From an uncultured cyanobacterium (GTDB lineage Bacteria > Cyanobacteriota > Cyanobacteriia > Cyanobacteriales > Cyanobacteriaceae): a stretch of 64,000 nucleotides of DNA. Below the pieces are notes generated by a model. The model made no database searches and was not told the DNA's origin. It saw only the letters and a list, made by a program, of their open reading frames with translations. The number at the start of each line of letters is the position of its first letter. The first letter of the stretch is position 1. Where the stretch lies: positions 1 to 64,000 of the forward strand of contig CAVVOP010000020.1 of NCBI GenBank assembly GCA_963749915.1, given 5' to 3'. Positions 59,443 through 64,000 of the stretch are shown piece by piece. The position numbers were made by a program, and so were the translations under genes.

Positions 59443-60474
59443 CTAGATTTTTTTGAAAATAAGTACTTCACCACGATCGCCACCTGCCGCTAATTTTTGT
59501 CCTGATAAATTCCATTTTAAACAAGAAAAACCCCCTGATACTCCCGTTAAATCTTGTAGCAAATTTTTTGCTTTTTCCCACAGTAATAAATGACCATCTT
59601 CGCTACAACTACTTAATAGAAGGCTTTGGGGATGAAATTGTAAATCTTGAATCACGCTATCATTTAAGCCTAAAACAGAGGCATTCCAACCTTCTTCGGT
59701 GATTTTTGCTTTTTGCCACAGGATAATATCTCCCACACTAGAAGTAGCTAACAAAGGAACTTCGCCCCATGTAGTTTCTGACCAAGCAAGGTTACGGATT
59801 TTACCGCTAAACCCTGAGAGTTTGGAAGGTACTAAGTTACCGCCTCCCCACACTAATACGATATTATCAAGGGAACTCATGGCTAAATATTCACCATCCC
59901 CAGACCAAGCAATTTTCAGGGCAGCAGCATCCATTTCGATGTAGAAAGGATCATCATCCCAATTTTTCGAGTCCCAAATTTTAACCCCTCCGTTTCCGGC
60001 AATGGCCAAAAGTTCTCCGTTGGGATTCCAAGCAAAATCTAATACGGTGGAATTTTCAAAGGGCAAAGTAGCGATAATTTCTCGAGAAACTACATCCCAA
60101 ATTTGCACATAACGCCCTTGACTAAAAGCAAGGTAATTCTGATGAGGATGCCAAGCTAAATGTTCTACCCATTTTGAACCCCAATCAAGGATATGAACTA
60201 ATTGTAGTTCTGGGAATTGCCAAATCCTTACTTGAGCATCTTGTCCCCCAGCTGCCAAAAATTGACCACTATGGGAAAAGCCTAAACAGTCGATGGAATC
60301 TTGTTTTTGGTTAGGTGTAAGAATCAGTTGTGGTCGATCTGAAAATACCATAACTTCCCCACCGGCTGAACTTGCCGCTAAATTACCATCTTTTGACCAA
60401 CTCAGGGCTGTAATATATTCTCCTAGTTCTCCTTGCCACTGTAATTCCAAGAGGGGATTTTTTAGATTAAACAC
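59443..60474 (-). CDS. WD40 repeat protein
   Basis: Repeated LAAGGQDAQVRIW / LAWHP / VKIWD units; overlaps the cobW stop. Confidence 0.88.
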   Translation of the reverse strand: MFNLKNPLLELQWQGELGEYITALSWSKDGNLAASSAGGEVMVFSDRPQLILTPNQKQDSIDCLGFSHSGQFLAAGGQDAQVRIWQFPELQLVHILDWGSKWVEHLAWHPHQNYLAFSQGRYVQIWDVVSREIIATLPFENSTVLDFAWNPNGELLAIAGNGGVKIWDSKNWDDDPFYIEMDAAALKIAWSGDGEYLAMSSLDNIVLVWGGGNLVPSKLSGFSGKIRNLAWSETTWGEVPLLATSSVGDIILWQKAKITEEGWNASVLGLNDSVIQDLQFHPQSLLLSSCSEDGHLLLWEKAKNLLQDLTGVSGGFSCLKWNLSGQKLAAGGDRGEVLIFKKI

Positions 60475-61433
60475 GCTCTAAAATCCTTTTTTAATTGTTT
60501 TTCGTCCAAATTACGCCCAATAAATATCAGTTCATTTTTACGAGTTTCTTGGGGTTTCCAGAGGCGATCCACAGTTACATCAAACAACATATGAACTCCC
60601 TGAAAAACTACCCTCTCATCCATCCCTTCCACATTTAAAATACCTTTCATGCGGAAAACATTGGGACCTTGAGTCCTTAATAACTCCCCCATCCAACTAT
60701 GTAACTTATCTAAATCTATTTCCCCTGATTCCACAATCGCCACGGAATATACGGATTCATCATGTTCGTGGGCATCTTCCGAGAGAAAATTCGGGTCAAT
60801 TTCTAAGGCTTTCTCAAGATCAAAAGCTCTAATTCCTAAAAGTCGATCCATACTAATATGAGCATTCTCGGTACGATAAATTTTTGCCATGGCATTCATA
60901 CCCCGAATACGTTTTTCTAAGTCTTCTAACTCCTCAACCGTGACTAAATCTGTCTTATTGAGCAAAACAATGTCAGCAAAGGCAATTTGCTCTTGTGCTT
61001 CATCGGCATCCCAATGTTGATGAATATGCTTAGTATCTACCAGCGTCACCACGGCATCCAAGAGTAACTTAGATTTCATATCTTCATCCACAAAAAAAGT
61101 TTGCACTACTGGTGCAGGATCAGCTAATCCTGTAGTTTCAATGACTAGATGATCAAATTTGTCCCGTCGTTTGAGTAAATTACCAATAATGCGCATTAAA
61201 TCGCCCCTGACCGTACAACAGATACAGCCGTTATTCATCTCAAAAATTTCCTCATCTGCAGAAATCACCAATTGATTATCAATGCCTACCTCTCCAAACT
61301 CATTGACAATAACAGCTACTTTTTTCCCGTGTTCATAGGTAAGAATATGATTGAGTAGAGTTGTTTTTCCTGCACCTAAGTAACCAGTTAAAACCGTTAC
61401 GGGAACGGTATTTTTGTCTGTTTGTGTGAACAT
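60462..61433 (-). CDS. COG0523/CobW-family metallochaperone GTPase
   Basis: LTGYLGAGKTT, NEFGEVGID, GCICC, ETTGLADP, NKTD, RMKG. Confidence 0.93.
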   Translation of the reverse strand: MFTQTDKNTVPVTVLTGYLGAGKTTLLNHILTYEHGKKVAVIVNEFGEVGIDNQLVISADEEIFEMNNGCICCTVRGDLMRIIGNLLKRRDKFDHLVIETTGLADPAPVVQTFFVDEDMKSKLLLDAVVTLVDTKHIHQHWDADEAQEQIAFADIVLLNKTDLVTVEELEDLEKRIRGMNAMAKIYRTENAHISMDRLLGIRAFDLEKALEIDPNFLSEDAHEHDESVYSVAIVESGEIDLDKLHSWMGELLRTQGPNVFRMKGILNVEGMDERVVFQGVHMLFDVTVDRLWKPQETRKNELIFIGRNLDEKQLKKDFRACLI

Positions 61434-61681
61434 TGATAACCTCTTTTCCCTTAAATAAAATTATTCTCACCAGTTTAGCAAACTGTAGTCAATCGTGATG
61501 CTAATGCTTTCCGAATGGCAGCTCAATCTTTGGGTTTTGAGCTAGTACTTATGTCAATTTCAAAATGACGGGTTGAGACAAGCAGACGAGGCAAGAGAAA
61601 ATAAACTTAATCTCACTCACTTTTCTGAAAATACATAGGAAAATCTTATGATAGTAATAAAAATAACTATCTTTAAAAATC

Positions 61682-61710
61682 TTGACAAAACTTTACATTT
61701 TCTCTAATAT
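61682..61710 (+). promoter_or_regulatory. psbA sigma70-type promoter overlapped by an HLR1-like direct repeat
   Basis: TTGACA-N17-TAATAT; TTGACAAA-AC-TTTACATT (61682-61699) fits the HLR1/RpaB 8-2-8 pattern with one mismatch. Confidence 0.65.
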
Positions 61711-61771
61711 AGTATTTATGGTAAGTAGTTACCGAATCGTACCTCGAAAATTTTATCGCAATCATAAAAAT

Positions 61772-62842
61772 ATGACTACCACTTTACAGCAACAACAGCA
61801 GTCTTCTGCATGGGAACAGTTCTGTCAGTGGATCACTTCTACCAACAACCGCTTATACGTAGGCTGGTTCGGTACTTTGATGATCCCTACTCTGTTAACT
61901 GCCACCACTTGTTTTATTATCGCCTTTATCGCAGCTCCTCCCGTTGACATTGACGGTATTCGTGAGCCTGTAGCCGGTTCCCTATTATACGGAAACAACA
62001 TCATCTCCGGTGCCGTTGTTCCTTCTTCTAACGCTATTGGTTTACACTTCTACCCCATTTGGGAAGCAGCTTCCTTAGATGAGTGGTTATATAACGGTGG
62101 TCCTTACCAATTAGTAGTATTCCATTTCTTAATTGGTATCTTCTGCTATATGGGTCGTCAGTGGGAATTATCTTTCCGCTTAGGAATGCGTCCTTGGATC
62201 TGTGTTGCCTATAGTGCACCTGTATCTGCCGCAACTGCTGTATTCTTAATCTACCCCATCGGTCAAGGTTCTTTCTCTGATGGTATGCCTTTAGGAATTA
62301 GCGGAACTTTCAACTTCATGTTTGTGTTCCAAGCAGAGCATAACATCTTGATGCACCCCTTCCATATGTTGGGTGTAGCCGGTGTGTTTGGTGGCTCGTT
62401 ATTCTCAGCAATGCACGGTTCTTTAGTAACCTCTTCTTTAGTGCGTGAAACCACGGAAACTGAATCTTTAAACTACGGTTATAAATTCGGTCAAGAAGAA
62501 GAAACCTACAACATCGTAGCAGCTCATGGATACTTTGGTCGTTTAATCTTCCAATATGCTTCCTTTAACAACAGCCGGGCGTTACACTTCTTCTTAGGTG
62601 CATGGCCTGTAATTGGTATTTGGTTCACCGCAATGGGTGTAAGTACCATGGCATTCAACTTAAATGGATTCAACTTCAACCAGTCTATCTTAGATAGTCA
62701 AGGTCATGTAATTGGAACTTGGGCAGACGTATTAAACCGTGCCAACATCGGTATCGAAGTCATGCACGAACGTAATGCTCACAACTTCCCCTTAGATTTA
62801 GCTAGTGCAGAACCTTTATCTGCTCCTGTAATCAACGGTTAA
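61772..62842 (+). CDS. psbA: Photosystem II D1 protein (356 aa, Gln130 form)
   Basis: MTTTLQ...[33 protein letters not shown] at 61772. Confidence 0.98.
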   Translation: MTTTLQQQQQSSAWEQFCQWITSTNNRLYVGWFGTLMIPTLLTATTCFIIAFIAAPPVDIDGIREPVAGSLLYGNNIISGAVVPSSNAIGLHFYPIWEAASLDEWLYNGGPYQLVVFHFLIGIFCYMGRQWELSFRLGMRPWICVAYSAPVSAATAVFLIYPIGQGSFSDGMPLGISGTFNFMFVFQAEHNILMHPFHMLGVAGVFGGSLFSAMHGSLVTSSLVRETTETESLNYGYKFGQEEETYNIVAAHGYFGRLIFQYASFNNSRALHFFLGAWPVIGIWFTAMGVSTMAFNLNGFNFNQSILDSQGHVIGTWADVLNRANIGIEVMHERNAHNFPLDLASAEPLSAPVING

Positions 62843-62864
62843 GTTTAATAACAAAATAATAACT

Positions 62865-62899
62865 AAAAAGCACTCTCTATTAATTTAGGGGGTGTTTTT
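62865..62899 (+). terminator. Rho-independent terminator after psbA
   Basis: AAAAAGCACTCTCTA-TTAATT-TAGGGGGTGTTTTT hairpin with G-U pairs. Confidence 0.7.
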
Positions 62900-62941
62900 C
62901 GGTGTTTTTGAGTTCTATCGCAAAATAAAGGACAGACGGAG

Positions 62942-62969
62942 AATTCAAAATTCAAAATTCAAAATTCAA
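62942..62969 (+). repeat. Heptamer tandem repeat (AATTCAA)n, STRR-like
   Basis: Four units here; similar 7-mer runs near 44242 (AATTCAA), 49016 (AATTTAG), 22923 (CAATTAA) and 7998 (ATTGTTA). Confidence 0.6.
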
Positions 62970-63201
62970 AAAATCAGATTCTCTCCACAAATAAAAATCA
63001 GAAACTAATCATAATAAAGGTTTCAAGCTTAAATAATTGATCTAAGTTTCTTAAAAGCTACCCACGAAGGCGATTCCGCAAAAAAAGTAAATAAGCAAAG
63101 AAGAAATCCCGAAAAACTAGCCACTCTCAAAGATCCTAGAACCCACACTCCCCACACTTCTCATTTGATCAAGTTTTTCAGTCAGCTTAACCGAGTAGTA
63201 T

Positions 63202-63411
63202 GGGGAGGGAATTAGGCGCTCAGGAGGCGGACGGAAATCAGCAATAGAGATGATAGAGAGCATTGACGCAGTCTTTTTGAGGGTTCTGAGGGAACAGACC
63301 GCAGACTCACCGATGGATCAGACAGTAAAGTGGACAAATTTAACACAAGAAGAAATAGCCGAAAAGCTAAGGCAAGAGGGAATTAAGGTGAGTGTCACGG
63401 TGGTGTTGTAG
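63202..63411 (+). mobile_element. ISAzo13-family transposase fragment
   Basis: Translates GEGIRRSGGGRKSAIE...TADSPMDQTVKWTNLTQEEIAEKLRQEGIKVSVTVVL*. Confidence 0.75.
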
Positions 63412-63834
63412 TGTTTGACCATGATTGGCGCTGGTTTTAAAAGTAGTGAAACAGGTTATGATCCTAGTATCATATTTTTAACCCCAAAAGGATTGCATTT
63501 ATCTTTAATGGTGGGTAATTAGGGAAACATAAATAAAAGTATATATATCTGGTATATATGTAATGAGGATTGCTGTAGCGATAGTCTTATTTTTTATAAC
63601 TGTAGTTTATTTATATTGCCAACGATAAAAATTAACTACGCAAAGTCACGGCAAATTGTTTAGTTAAAGATTATCGAATTTTATTATGAATTAGGATCAA
63701 CATCGATATCTTTAAGAGTGCCATCAGGAGATCGATATACTATACTTTAGGCGGCTGAGATGTTGACTTTTTTGAAGGACTGAAAATATCTGCTCGAGCT
63801 CAATTCTTATTTACTTATTTATCAATTATTAACC

Positions 63835-64000
63835 ATGTTGAATATTAAAAATTTGACTAAACATTATGGCAAAAAAAAGGCTTTAAGCAACTTTAATTTA
63901 AATATTAATTCAGGAGAAATTTATGGTTTATTAGGGGCAAATGGTGCAGGAAAAACTACTACTATTAATCTTATTTGTGGTTTGTTAACTTGTGATTCAG
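63835..64000 (+). CDS. ABC transporter ATP-binding protein (partial, runs off the window)
   Basis: [12 protein letters not shown]...[25 protein letters not shown]. Confidence 0.85.
   Translation, partial: MLNIKNLTKHYGKKKALSNFNLNINSGEIYGLLGANGAGKTTTINLICGLLTCDS

Noticed and set aside
61682..61771. 30-aa N-terminal extension of D1 in the ORF track
   Set aside because: The TTG start is the -35 box of the promoter; the conserved D1 start is ATG 61772.

Overview
AT-rich cyanobacterial chromosome segment. Evidence: psbA, curT, plmA, tocopherol genes and recurrent HIP1 GCGATCGC sites; the style suggests a unicellular Geminocystis/Cyanobacterium-like organism, which is inference only. Most of the window is housekeeping: metG, rpmB, pyrE, holB, putA, cbiX, gmd, wzm/wzt, cobW, psbA and tRNA-Ile(CAU). 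It is peppered with IS remnants (IS1, IS701, ISAzo13), MITE-like repeats and orphan gene fragments (mscS, aroA, htrA). The best candidate for something undescribed is a 2.83 kb transposase-free cassette (695-3523). It is bounded by perfect 16-bp IS1-like inverted repeats, carries a complete split-TrkA/TrkH K+ uptake operon of Thermotoga-like architecture, and its left end truncates an MscS-type gene. Other points of interest: four tocopherol genes in one convergent cluster; a gap-arsJ unit with an ArsR-like operator but no local arsR; an orphan DndD/Rad50-like CxC ATPase with a small partner gene; a GC-rich RTX gene with five 213-bp repeats and a perfect 46-bp palindrome upstream; an aroA fragment starting exactly at a HIP1 site; and a possible GEMM-like remnant in the putA leader. 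No CRISPR array or rRNA was seen. All family assignments come from motif recognition by eye; no database search was run.
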